From Azolla caroliniana (Eukaryota; Plantae; Polypodiophyta), in the NCBI GenBank assembly GCA_043228905.1, contig JBHGNT010000017.1:6882001-6946000 (forward strand): a stretch of 64,000 bases of DNA, written 5' to 3'. Both the position numbers and the translations under genes were made by a program. The notes under the pieces were generated by a model that did no database searches, had not been told where the DNA came from, and worked only from the letters and a program-made list of their open reading frames with translations. Positions within the stretch are counted from its first letter, which is position 1. Each line of letters begins with the position of its first letter. This document shows positions 24,222 to 36,482 of this stretch, one piece after another.

Positions 24222-26730
24222 TGTCGTAGTGTATTTCGTACACTACGTGAAAAAGTAAAAATAATATAACCGATTTAATTACATATAAATAAATAAAATA
24301 AGAATATCAAGATATTTATCACGTGCATAAGGCAAGATTCGAACCTTGCACCTCCACATAGCCAAACCTCAACTTTACCATTATGCTACCTTATCTTTAG
24401 TATTCTATAAATAGATTTAATAACTATAAGTGCTTTATTTGCGCCTACCTTTATTAAAAGGTAAATCATGTATTTTTAGAGTGCGTGAATATTTTATAGA
24501 AAAAACGCAAGCAACTAAAAAGTGACTCATGCACATCTAGCGTGCATGAGCACTATATTTAGCAAATAAAAGCAAGGATTAGAAAAGCATCACATGCACA
24601 TTTAGTGTGCATGAACATATTAGAAAAAAGCATGTAGTTATGCTTAGTCTCTCCCATCACTATATAAGGATGGGGAGCACATTGTAGTTTTTGTTGATTA
24701 TTTTTCTATAATGATCAATCAATCTAAAATATTCGTGGGATTCACGAATTTGCTAAAATAATTCTCTCTTACTACCTAAATATTGACTAAATATACTAAA
24801 CTCGTGGGATTCACGAGATTCTTATCTTATAACTCTTTATACCTATTCTATACTAGCCTTATTTGTATTTTTCTTTCTCCTAGTCCAAAACCTCGGCGGT
24901 TCCCACCCGACTCACGCAACGATCCGGAGCCGAAAGGCACGACACAGTTGGTGAACCCGACGTGAAGGCGGGTGGCAAGGAGATGGAGAATCAACAAGAG
25001 GCAATGAGCATAACGATGATGATGATGTTCGAGCGGATGCTACAAGAACAACGAGTGATGTCGGAGATCACGGGGGCAGTAAAGCGGCTCGTACAACGAA
25101 ACGGACAATTCAACGGAAACGATGTGTCACGCTATCTACGTGACTACAAGGCGGAGATGATACGATGTGGGATACCGGAAGGATTGCAAGTGACATCCTT
25201 CAATCGGGTGGCCACGGATGAGCTACAAGAGAGAATCCACAAGATACGGCAACAAAACTCGACATGGGGGTCATTCGAAGAAGCTTTACGAGAGGCATAT
25301 GATTACAAGAGATCAAAGGGACAAGATCGGCGAAAATTCGACGAATGGGTGGCATCGGAGAAGACCCACCGAAGTGCAACACAAGCATTCCTAGAGTTCG
25401 AGCATCGTTTTGCTTGACTCTCGGAGCGGGAACAACGATTGGTGGGAGAAGATAAAGTCCTAATGTTCGTAAAATCGATCAATCGAAAAGAAAGGATGGA
25501 CATCGGGATCGAACTCGAAGACGAGACGGATCCGGAAAGAAGCTAATCCGATTCAATCGGAGGTTGGACCGGTCGAGGCTGGTGAAAACGAGGAAAAGAA
25601 AGCCAACTGAAACCGAAATCGATAGATTGAAACCGAGCCGGAAGGAGACCAACTCAATCGAAACCGAACAACCGATTCCGATTTGGCCGAATACGAATCC
25701 GATTGGAAGCCGATCAAACCGAAAGTCGATCGGACGAGAGCGATCCGGAAAAAAGTCAAGGTTGATGAAGACAAGAAAGAGGCCAGTAAAAGACACTACC
25801 ACAAATGACAAGGGCCAAGAATATGACGAGAGAGAACAAAGAATATGGTGGATCGGATGGCGACAATGGTTCGGGTGGAAAGAATGGGTCTACTCAAAAT
25901 GGAGAGACAAAGTTGACATAGCGGGACAAACGGAGGATGAAGGGGAGACAACGAGCATCGGCAACTTCGGCACATACCGGAGGATGTGCGGGTTCGGAGG
26001 GGGCGAGTGTCGTAGTGTATTTCGTACACTACGTGAAAAAGTAAAAATAATATAACCGATTTAATTACATATAAATAAATAAAATAAGAATATCAAGATA
26101 TTTATCACGTGCATAAGGCAAGATTCGAACCTTGTACCTCCACATAGCCAAACCTCAACTTTACCATTATGCTACCTTATCTTTAGTATTCTATAAATAG
26201 ATTTAATAACTATAAGTGCTTTATTTGCGCCTACCTTTATTAAAAGGTAAATCATGTATTTTTAGAGTGCGTGAATATTTTATAGAAAAAACGCAAGCAA
26301 CTAAAAAGTGACTCATGCACATCTAGCGTGCATGAGCACTATATTTAGCAAATAAAAGCAAGGATTAGAAAAGCATCACATGCACATTTAGTGTGCATGA
26401 ACATATTAGAAAAAAGCATGTAGTTATGCTTAGTCTCTCCCATCACTATATAAGGATGGGGAGCACATTGTAGTTTTTGTTGATTATTTTTCTATAATGA
26501 TCAATCAATCTAAAATATTCGTGGGATTCACGAATTTGCTAAAATAATTCTCTCTTACTACCTAAATATTGACTAAATATACTAAACTCGTGGGATTCAT
26601 GAGATTCTTATCTTATAACTCTTTATACCTATTCTATACTAGCCTTATTTGTATTTTTCTTTCTCCTAGTCCAAAACCTCGGCGGTTCCCACCCGACTCA
26701 CGCAACGATCCGGAGCCGAAAGGCACGACA
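24222..26730 (+). mobile_element. Young non-autonomous Gag-only LTR retrotransposon (TR-GAG-like, gypsy-type Gag), tRNA-Trp PBS, 4-bp TSD TCGT
   Basis: LTRs 24222-24944 and 26008-26730 (723 bp each, only about 2 differences seen); PBS TGGTGAACCCGACGTGA 24949-24965; PPT ggagggggcgag 25996-26007; Gag-like frame 24983-25550 with one TGA; no pol. Confidence 0.9.
24326..24394 (-). other. tRNA-derived segment with Pol III A/B boxes inside the LTR (second copy 26112-26180)
   Basis: Minus strand ATAAGG-TAGCATAATGGTAAA...GCAAGGTTCGAATCTTGC-CTTAT: A box, B box, T-arm-like hairpin and acceptor-like stem; anticodon arm degenerate. Confidence 0.6.
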
Positions 26731-26856
26731 TCGTGTTTTAATTATGTTTCTCTAGTTCGTAATAGCACCTCTCTCTTTCATTTTGATTAGTATGGTAATC
26801 CTCTTCCCTCCCCCTAACCCTTGTTTTTAAATTTTAATTATGTTTTTCGTCTCGTA

Positions 26857-27115
26857 TTTTAGTTTTAATCTTAGGTTTATTTATGTTTTAATCTCTCTCT
26901 CTCTGTCTTTAGTTTTAATCTTAGGTTTATTTATGTTTTAATCTCTCTCTCTCTCTTTAGTTTTAATCTTAGGTTTATTTATGTTTTAATCTCTCTCTCT
27001 CTCTCTTTAGTTTTAATCTTAGGTTTATTTATGTTTTAATCTCTCTCTCTCTCTTTAGTTTTAATCTTAGGTTTATTTATGTTTTAATCTCTCTCTCTCT
27101 CTCTCTCTCTCTATT
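26857..27115. repeat. Minisatellite of about five ~50-bp units (tttagttttaatcttaggtttatttatgttttaat plus (ct)n) inside the hammerhead element
   Basis: Direct inspection; units differ only in (CT)n length. Confidence 0.9.
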
Positions 27116-28331
27116 TTAATTAGTATGTTAATCCCCCTCCCTTTAAGCCTATCTTTTAATTTCTTTCTAATTACCCCACCCTTTACTTTATTTTTAGGTT
27201 CATGTTTCTAGATTTAGATTTTATGTTTGTTAGTTTTCGGGTTATGTTTTTTGTTTTAGTGTTTATGTTTCTAATCTTAGTGTTTAAACCCCCACCCCTC
27301 TTCCTTTTTATTATTCCTAATCATGTCGGCTCCCTCTCCTTTCTTCTACCTCGTCTTCGATTCGGGTGCGCTCAAATCGAACGTGGTGTTCCTCTTCGCC
27401 TACCTCTACCCGCCGATTATCGACCATTCCGCACTCGTTCCGACCGTAAGGTCCATAAACTTACGAAACCGGATGTGGAGTACCCGGCATGAGCTGGATG
27501 GTGCAGACCCGGTGAGAACCGGATGACGAGTGCCTCGGCAAGATCCGGATGGTGCAGGCCCGGTGGGGAGCGCTCACCGGATGAAGGGACATATTCGTAA
27601 ATATGTTTCCTGAGAGTCAATTGGGGCTATATTTGTAAATAGCCGAAAAGTCATATTAGTATAAATATGACTTAGGGCAAACTTAGTTGTTGTTGTTGTC
27701 ATTCTTGTAGGCGCAAGATTAGAGCGCAACAGTGTACAGAGAGTGAGAGAGATAAAGAAATGAAGAGGTCGTTGCCTCTGTTGTAACCGCCGCCTGTGGC
27801 GAAGATAGCAAGCTCGAGGTCATTGCCTCGGTGCTCCACTATTGTACATTCTTATATAGGGATAGTTTGGAGTCTGTGGACTCCCGTGGTTTTTCCCTCT
27901 CAGGGTTTTCCACGTTAAACATCCTGTGCACTCTTCTCTCCTTTGTGTCGTGTCTTTCATTCCCGTTTCTGTGTTTGATTCTAAGCTCGGTTGTGGCCGA
28001 GCGGTGTTCATCGGAACGTGTAGTTCCTGTCATATGCAGAATGCCTTCATTTTTTATTCGCAAGTTGGGGTGAGAAAATATGTTCTAAAGTTAAAAGGAC
28101 TTCTTTTGTAACAATTGACAGTGCTAGAGAAATCACGAAATCTCAACCAGGAAGAGAGAGAACTCTGCAAGGTCACATATCATCATACTCGCCATTTGAA
28201 TTGGTGTGTAGGGTGGCATTGAGTTTGGTGTCGTAGTATCCTTTAGATCCCTAGATAGAAGGGTTCTATACTTTGTAGTAAGTTAGTCATGCTGGTGTTT
28301 TTTTCTTTCATAATGAAAGCCATTATTTATG

Positions 28332-28335
<4 letters not shown>

Positions 28336-28389
<54 letters not shown>
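28336..28389. repeat. (GA)n microsatellite at the LINE 3' end
   Basis: About 27 GA units. Confidence 0.95.
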
Positions 28390-28394
<5 letters not shown>

Positions 28395-29876
28395 ATGTGG
28401 CATGGGTGAGCCTTTGCTTAGTCCATCATTTGTAAACCCTAAAATGAAAAGGGATTTTTTGTTTAACACTTATGTTTTTGGTCTTAATCATGATTTCGTG
28501 GTGTTAAACTAGTGTGATTACTTGTAACCCCATTCTTAACCATTTGAGTTCCATCGTTGTGTGAGTGAGAGAGAGAGAGAAAGAGATTGGAATGTGGCGT
28601 GGGCTAACAAACCCCAGAGTCCAATGACCTCTCAACTACAATGAGCCCTTGAGTCTAACCAACCCTCAATTCCGAGGGGGGGGGGGGTGGAGGGGGAACA
28701 GAAAAGTCTATTATATCATCATGCCCTAATTATTACATCATTGGTGGTGGCTTTATAAGACCACCACCAAGGCGGTTTCTTCTCATGAAGGAAATCGTTT
28801 TATATTCATATGAAGCTAATAACTAATATTAATATTATTAATTTATTATTTCACTTATTATTTTTCACACTCCCCCCTAAACGAATTTTTTTAGAAGTGT
28901 AGTTTTTCATCTTTGTCTTCAACTACATCACTTAATCCAACTTGCTTGCAACAAATGATGTGTTTAGAATATTGGAGAGGTTTCGTTAGAAAATCAGCCC
29001 ACAAGCAAACTTAAGTTCTATTTTCTTCGTTTCAACGAGATCGCGAAGAAAATGATGTTTTAAATCTACATGACATATATTGTGGCTCATCTTCGGATTG
29101 TTGGAGCTTGCTTGATGCATGATTGATTATCACAAAACAAGTTCACTATTAGAATAATAAATAGTTTAAATTCTTCACGCATAGATTTAATCCATATGCC
29201 TTCTTTAGCCACTAAAGCTACGGCAACATATTCAGCTTCAGTGGATGATAATGCTACGGTTGTTTGTTTCTTTGACTTCCAAGAAATCGCAATGCCAACT
29301 AATGTGTAAATATAGCCACCTGTTGACTTGCGGTCGTGCACATCTCACCTCGAATCGGAGTCAGACCAACCAATTAGTTGACTGGAGGGGTTTGTCCATG
29401 CTTGCACAAGTGTGGTTGACTCAGATTGTGTTGCGGAGTAAGTCAATGCATAATGTTGATTATGCTTCAAATATTGTAGTAATCGTTTAACCGTGATCCA
29501 ACCATGAAACGAGAAAGAAAACCAGCGGGAAAACAAATATCTAGACGTGTGCAACTTACTAGATATCTTATACATCCAAGGATTTGTTTGTAAGGTACAT
29601 CTTTCATTTCGGAAGTTTCCCATTCTGTTTTTGGAGAATCATCATTTGAGAATTTACAAGGAGAGGTAAGAGGAGTACCAATGGGCTTACTATGGAGCAT
29701 AAAAAAATTTGGAGAACAGAAGTAATATAGTTAGATTGTGATAATGAGATAGTATGATTTGTTCTATTTTGAGTTACTTTGATGCCTAGAAAATGTGTCA
29801 TAGGGCCTAAATCGGTGATAGGAAAGACATGCAAGTTCCTTCTTTGCAATAGTTAGATAAGATTTAGAGTTAGAGA

Positions 29877-32800
29877 TGTTAGAATATAATATAAATATCT
29901 ATAGGAGAAGATGTTATATACATTAAATTATTACATCAGTTACAACTTATTTTGTAACTTACACATTTAAATATGTTTGTAGTTTCTATATAAAGTGTTC
30001 TCACTACCTTAATGAAATATGGAGTTCTTTTTACAACATTGTCTCCATCTTTGTCTATCTCTCTTTCTCCCTCTCTCCTTCTCGAGTGTTATTGCTTCTT
30101 TTCCCCTTACATGGTATCAAAGCTTCTCTAAGGGACAACAAGCAAAACACAATACAACACATTTGCGTGTATTGATATGGACAATCCAAACAACATGTAC
30201 TCAAAGAAAGAAATGGAAAACCTGTCTTCATCAACATCCAACAATATCTCAAGAAAGTATTGAGTAGAGAAACTCACAAATTACAACTGTTGGATGTGGA
30301 AGACAAGGGTGGAGCTTATCCTAGAAAGAGCAAACTTGAAAGAACTACTGAATGGTTCCATGAGCATTCCAAATATAGAAAATGGATTGAACCAATGGAA
30401 GAGTAGAGATTTGGATGCTAGAATGGAAAGTATAATGCACCTTAGTGACGAACAAGTTGAGCATGTTCGCGATTTAGAAACTGCACAACAAATGTGGGAG
30501 TATCTACGAAAACTCCACCAACCCTCTGATGGAAAAACAAAAATATTCTCATACAGGACTCTGATGAACATGGAAATGCAAGAGGGAGAACAACTTGATG
30601 CATTCATTAGCAAATGGAAGAAACTACTAGATGCGGCAGTCACAACAGGCAACAACATGGATGAGACCTCAAAATGTTAGATTTTGATGGGAGCATTACC
30701 ATCATCTTGGATGACATTTGTTAGCATCCACAGTGAAGATAGAGACCTCAATCTACAAAACTTGATAGCAAAGCTGAAGTAAGACAAATTGCAAAGGAAA
30801 AGGACAAATACTCAACATGAAGTCAGCCACATGGCCATGGCAGCATCAATGAGGAATCAATCAAGGAATTTTTGAAAGGAAAAATTCAAAAATTTTCAGC
30901 CTAAAACTAAACCAAGTGGATCAAGTTCCATTACCATATCCACAATCATTTGTAGGTACTGCAACAAACTAGGCCACTTCAAACGGGATTGCAGAAAGAA
31001 GTAGTATGACATGAAAGGAAACGCCCTAGTACAAAATCCAAACCCATCTTATTCTGAGGAAGACAACAATTTCCTTCAAGCTTTCATGAGTGAAATGGAA
31101 GATGAAAGCACAAACCAAAAGAATGATTATAACAATCTATGGTTCTTTGACACCGGTGGTACTCATCACTTGACCAACAACTGGAGTCTCCTACACAACT
31201 ACCGACTTCTCTCACAACCGCTTGAAGTGAGATTTGGTGACAACGGAATGAAACTCGCCATTAGCAAAGGAGAAGTACACATGTGTATAAGTAATTCAAA
31301 ATCAGTAAGTATACCTAATGTTTATTATGTTCCAGGAATAATAAAGAACTTACTTTCCGTAAGTGAAGACACTGCAAACGAAACTATTATTGAATTTCAT
31401 TGCAATTGTGTAATAATTTACCACAAACTACCAACCGGTGGAATAGTGAAGATCACATGCCCAAAATCAAGGCGGTTATACCCACCCTAGATGGTAGACA
31501 AAACACCTATGTGGGCCCTCATTGCAACAGGATACATCCATACTGATTCAACATTACTTTGGCATCATTGACTTGGCCATCTCAACCGAAAGTCAATGAA
31601 GACAGGACAAATCCACAAGCCGCTTGAAGGAATCCCCACTAGGCCCTTCAAATATATTTCTGTGTGTGAAGGATGTATATACGGCAAACCATGTCGGAAA
31701 AAATTTGCAACGAACAACAAAAAACAAACAGAAAGACCATTGGAAGTTGTTCATTCAGATTTGTGTGGACCAATGCGAACAACATCCTTGGATCGTAATA
31801 TGCATTTCATCTCTTTCATTGATGATTTCACTATATTCACTATATTATATTTTCTTAAAGAAAAGTTAGGGGCCTTCAAAGCTTTCATTTCCTGCAAGGC
31901 ATATGTGGAGAATCATGGCCCACATAAAATCTCCACAATTCGGAGTGACAATGGTGGTGAGTATTTTTCCTAAAGAATGGATAAAGTTTTGTGAAGATCA
32001 TGGGATCAGGCATGAGCATACAGTTCCCTACAACCCACAACAAAATGGAATTGTTGAATGGAAGAATAAGACTCTACTTGATGTAAGTAGATGCATGTTA
32101 CAAGTTGCGGGTCTACATAATCAATTATGGGAAGAAGTTGTTGCTACAACATGTTAGCTACAAAACAGATCACCACATAAAGTATTGGGACTAAACACCC
32201 CATATGCAATCTGGTATAGCCACAAACCACACTTAGGACATCTACACATGTTTGGATGCATTGCATACAACCATATTCCTGAAGAGAAACGAAGGAAGTT
32301 GGACCCTCATGCAAGGAAATGTATCTTCACAGGCTATGGAGAAGCATCGGGTGTAAAAGCATATAGATTATTTGACCTACTTACAAGGAAATTTATCTTT
32401 AGTTGATCTGCCACTTTTGATGAAGCGACACTAATGAAGCAATATGCAAACCTTGAGGTACATCATCTAAATGAGAATTGTAAAAATGAACTAACATTTC
32501 CTAATGATTCTTAGATTGTAAAATATGGTGGCCCTATCACACGAGATTGATCTAAGCGCCTACAACAAAACCAATTTCATGGAAAAGGAAATCAATACAA
32601 CAAATTCATGTAAGGAGATTGGAATAACGAAAAGAAATGACAAATCACCCAAAATCGATAAATTCGAGCGGCCACAACATAGCTAAATCAGAAAATCATC
32701 ATGGTGGCCACAAAAAATTCAGACAAAAAAAAGAGTTTGGTTATGGAATACCTTGACGAGAGGACCAAAGAGACACCAACATACCTGAATCGGAAAGTCA

Positions 32801-35719
32801 TGGAGCGGAAATTTTTAGTAATCGCAATATACCTGCTACAAATTATGATAATTTTAGATCTGGGTCGAATAACGGCAACTTAATTACATCTAAGACACAC
32901 AATGACAACATAATCAGATCTGCCTGAATCGGAAAGTCATGGAGCAAAGAGACACCAACATGCCTGAATCGGAAAGTCATGGAGCGGAAATTTTTAGTAA
33001 TCGCAATATACCTGCTACAAATTATGATAATTTTAGATCTGGGTCGAATAACGGCAACTTAATTACATCTAAGACACACAATGACAACATAATCAGATCT
33101 GAGGAAAATTATGACAACATCGTATCTGAAAATGAGGGTATTTGTCGAAGAAGCGGAAGAGGACATCATGGCAATGATAGTAGAAGAGAAAGCCATGGCG
33201 GCCTTCAAGAAATCGCAGTGATTAATCAAGAAGAAGGGATTCTGTCCTCCCCACCAAAGCCTCATCAACGAGCCCTAATACCTACACATAAACTAAAGAC
33301 AGGAGGACTCACACATAGAAAGGAGTCAAATGATGAAGAGTCTACACTAGAAGAAGACAACAACATCAAAACTAAACCAAAACAAAAATATAGAAGCCTC
33401 AAGGAAACTATGGATGACACTGACCCTCTTGAGGCACTTATGGTAGATCTCGGTGATGAAGAATACTCAAATTCTTCACCACTTGAAGAAGAGGATGAAA
33501 TGATACTTGGGGAAAGTATCTCGTTAACTTCAAGTGGCGCACTTGATGGTCCTTTTAAAAATGAATGACATCAAGCAATGATCGAAGAGGTGTCATCGCT
33601 CTTAAAAAATGGGACGTGGGAACTTGTACCTTGTCCCAAGAATCGCAAAGTCATAAGTAGCAAATAGGTTCTAAAAGTCAAAACGGATGCAAACGGTAAT
33701 CCCATTCGTTTTAAGGCTAGGATCAAAGCTCGCGGATTCACATAATTATAAGGCATCGACTTTAAAGAAACATTCACTCCCACACTTCGCATTTCGTTGA
33801 TGAGGTTAGTATGGGGAATTACTGCGGCATTGAATCTCGAGCTTCATGACCTTGATGTAGAGACAACATTTCTCCATGGAGATCTTGAGGAGGAGATTTA
33901 TATGGAGCAACCACCACATTTTCAAGATTCAAAGCATCCAAGTTTTGTATGTAAGTTAAAAGAGTCAATTTATGGTTTGAAGAAATCACCTCAAATGTGG
34001 CACACCAAGCTACACTCTCATTTAATCAAAATTAAAACGGCTTGCATCCGAGCCAAACTTATATATTCGCAAATATGGAAATATTTTTGTAATTCTTGGT
34101 GTATATGTGGATGTCCTTCTAATAGCCTCTAATAGTATTGAAGCACTACATCAAGCCTTTTCGGTGTCGTAGTGTGCTTTGTACACTACGTAAAATATTT
34201 GTAGAGTGCCCGATTGACTAAGTATAAAGAAATAGGAGAAAATAGTAAAATAATTATGTTACATGCATAGTGCAAGATTTAAACCCTATACCTCCACGTT
34301 AACGATTTCAAGCCTTACCATTGTACTAGCAAATTATGAGTATTAAAACTTCATCCCATGTCAAATTCTAGATAAGCCTGATAGAAAAAGTTATCCATGC
34401 ATACACACTCGGGTTAAATGAAAAAGTATGATAGAAAAGCTAATCACGCACATGTAGTGTGCATGAACACTTGAGTTAAAGGAAAAGCATGATGGGAAAA
34501 GTTAATCATGGACACCAATGACGGGTCCCATGGAATATTGCCTTGGGATCAAAATATCTCCTAATAGAATTGAGGGAGTTCTCTCAATATCTCAAAAGAA
34601 GACAATAGAAGAAATATTACAAAGATATGAAATGCAAGAATGCAAGCCAACACCGACACCAATGTTGGCCCCATGCAAGCTTTCTATTGAGGATAATCCT
34701 AAGATAATGGAGGAAATCCAATTCATTAAGACAATTCCTTATCGACAAATACTTGGGAGTATTCGTTATCTTGTAAGTTGCATGAGACCCGACTTGTCAT
34801 TTAGTGCAGGCTACCTTTCAAGGTTTATGCAAAATCCTGTCGTTAAACATTGGGAAGCTCTCAAGAGGGTGATAAGGTACCTCAACCACATGAAAGATAT
34901 GGTGATAACATATAGGTTTCTCCAACCTTGGAATTCATCCTCACTTGGACTCACCTCACCTCTTCAAGGATGGACAGATTCCAATTGGGGGGGGGGGGGG
35001 AAGGAAAGGGGAGATGTGAACTCATCTCGTACTACTTCAAGAATGGTTTTCATGTTTGCGGGTGGAGCTATATTGTGGAGAATGAAGAAACAAACAATGG
35101 TAGCGCTATCATCCACCGAAGCTGAGTACGTCGCCGCAACACTAGCGGTAAAAGAAGGCTTGTGGCTCAAAAGTATTTTAATAAAACTAGATGTAATAAA
35201 ATTGTCACATACAAAATGTATTGTGACAATAAATCTTGTATCAAGATTGTTATACAATGAAAATTGACAGATCAAAACAAACCTATAAAGGCTAAGCATC
35301 ACTTCATTCGAGACTTAGTCGGAATGAAAGAGCTTGAACTCTAATATACTTCGGCAATCACTATGTGGGTTGATTGTCTCACTAAACTGGTACCACACCA
35401 AAAACATTGGCAGTGTTGTACAAAGCTAGGACTTAAGCTTGACCACAACAAAGGAAGTATTTAGAATATTTATATTATGGGGGGTTGCTAGAATATAATA
35501 TAAATATCTATAGGAGAAGATGTTACATACATTAAATTATTACATCAGTTACAACTTATTTTATAACTTACACATTTTAATATGTTTGTAGTTTCTATAT
35601 AAAGTGTTCTCACTAGCTTAATGAAATATAGATTTCTTTTTACAACATTGTCTCTCCATGTCTGTCCATCTCTCTTTCTCCCTCTCTCCTTGAGTGTTAT
35701 TGCTTCTTTTACCCTTACA
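29877..35719 (+). mobile_element. Full-length degenerate Ty1/copia element B, TSD AGAGA
   Basis: LTRs 29877-30111 and 35486-35719; PBS tggtatcaaagc (iMet-like) at 30112; gag with CRYCNKLGHFKRDC, protease WFFDTGGTHH, integrase RSDNGGEY, RT, RNase H; TSD at 29872-29876 and 35720-35724; internal ~180-bp duplication 32766-33100. Confidence 0.93.
34165..34512 (+). mobile_element. Truncated LTR related to the tRNA-Trp Gag-only element, inserted in the RT of element B
   Basis: Starts tgtcgtagtgtgctttgtacactacg (compare 24222); retains the tRNA-like segment at ~34265-34335 and the atgcac..tagtgtgcatga repeats. Confidence 0.8.
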
Positions 35720-36359
35720 AGAGATCAAGGGTAAATCATCAACATAGACACCTATGATAACAAAATTGGATTTGGCTTTTCTAATCTACATATTTGGCTC
35801 ATTGTTTAGACGATGATGTCCTACCTTTATTAGAAAAGAGCAAAGTTTGTGATACCATATGCCTGGAGATTGTTGAAGGCCGTAAATAGATTTACGAAGT
35901 CAACAATATGTGTTGGATGACTTGGATCTTCAAAAAATTGTGGTTGTTGTAAATAAAGTTCTTCATCTAAATCTCCATGAAGAAAAGCCATTTGGATCTA
36001 GATCATGTTGAGCAGCAACAGACACGAGCATTCGAAAACCACATATTTTTAATGTTGGATTAAATGTATCCTGAAAATCAATACCTGGGAGTTGAGAAAA
36101 ACCTCGAGCAATTAGACAAACTTTAACGTGAATTGGATTGCCATTACCATCTTGCTTGATGCATAAGACCCATTTAGAACGAATTATTTGACGATCTTTT
36201 GGAGGGTCAACATACCATTTTTAATTAAAGCCTTCATCTCTTCCTCTATAGCCTTTGTCCATTTGAGTAAGAGAATCATATAGAGATTGGCGTGAGGAAG
36301 AGTTAGTTGGTTGAGGAGGATTGACCTTTGCCTTGAGATTAGATGGAAGAGCAACACAA

Positions 36360-36482
36360 CTCGTTACGCACCGGTTTGCGTATCCGTTTTACGCACCGGT
36401 CCGGCCTAACCGATCGATCCCAACCGATCCGGTCCTCGGCTTGCTCAGCCGATCCGACCGATGTTGAGCTTGTCTCTCAACA
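36360..36482 (-). mobile_element. LTR 5' fragment related to the element D LTR family
   Basis: Minus strand tgttgagagacaagctcaacatcggtcggatcggc vs D tgttgagcggcaagctcaaccgtatccggatcggc. Confidence 0.6.

Larger units (their letters stand above)
24085..27466 (+). mobile_element. Non-coding hammerhead-bearing insertion element, copy 1 (own sequence 24085-24221 plus 26735-27466, about 870 bp)
   Basis: Interrupts the solo LTR between aac|...|aac; begins with a hammerhead core; its 3' ~140 bp are homologous to 61885-62020. Confidence 0.7.
24044..28032 (+). mobile_element. Solo LTR (same family as 2575-3239) split by nested insertions; LTR parts 24044-24084 and 27467-28032
   Basis: tgttaggaaacaggtccctccggatggga start, ...ctcggttgtggcc...ttcctgtca end; TSD TATGG/TATGC (1 mismatch). 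Confidence 0.85.
18608..28335 (+). mobile_element. Near full-length degenerate LINE (ORF1 with CCHC knuckle; ORF2 APE endonuclease-RT-zf-RVT), flanked by (GA)n and carrying nested insertions at 24044-28032
   Basis: ORF1 ~18874-20215 with CFYCGALGHFMAEC; ORF2 starts MKITTWNVRG at 20212 and has GDFN, SDH, KSPGWDG, WRPISL, LDIEKAYD, GCPVSPLLF, CFFCSVELEHSRHRFISC; 3' end resumes at 28033; (GA)n at 18588-18607 and 28336-28389. Confidence 0.93.
28605..36330 (-). mobile_element. Ty1/copia element A, 3' half (RT-RNase H, PPT, 3' LTR), interrupted by element B
   Basis: Minus strand GVYVDDLPL across the B insertion site, [24 protein letters not shown]; PPT ctcccccctaa at 28870; outer boundaries approximate. 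Confidence 0.8.

Noticed and set aside
24326-24394. Functional tRNA gene
   Set aside because: D and anticodon arms do not pair properly and the segment is part of an LTR
24085-26730. Classical LTR retrozyme (hammerhead inside LTRs with a 4-bp TSD)
   Set aside because: The hammerhead lies outside the LTR element. The TCGT TSD shows the LTR element inserted into the hammerhead element, and neither LTR contains CTGATGA
27442-27466. Helitron 3' terminus (hairpin near the end)
   Set aside because: No CTRR end or A/T insertion site, and the strand-specific GNRA and G-U pattern favours an RNA structure
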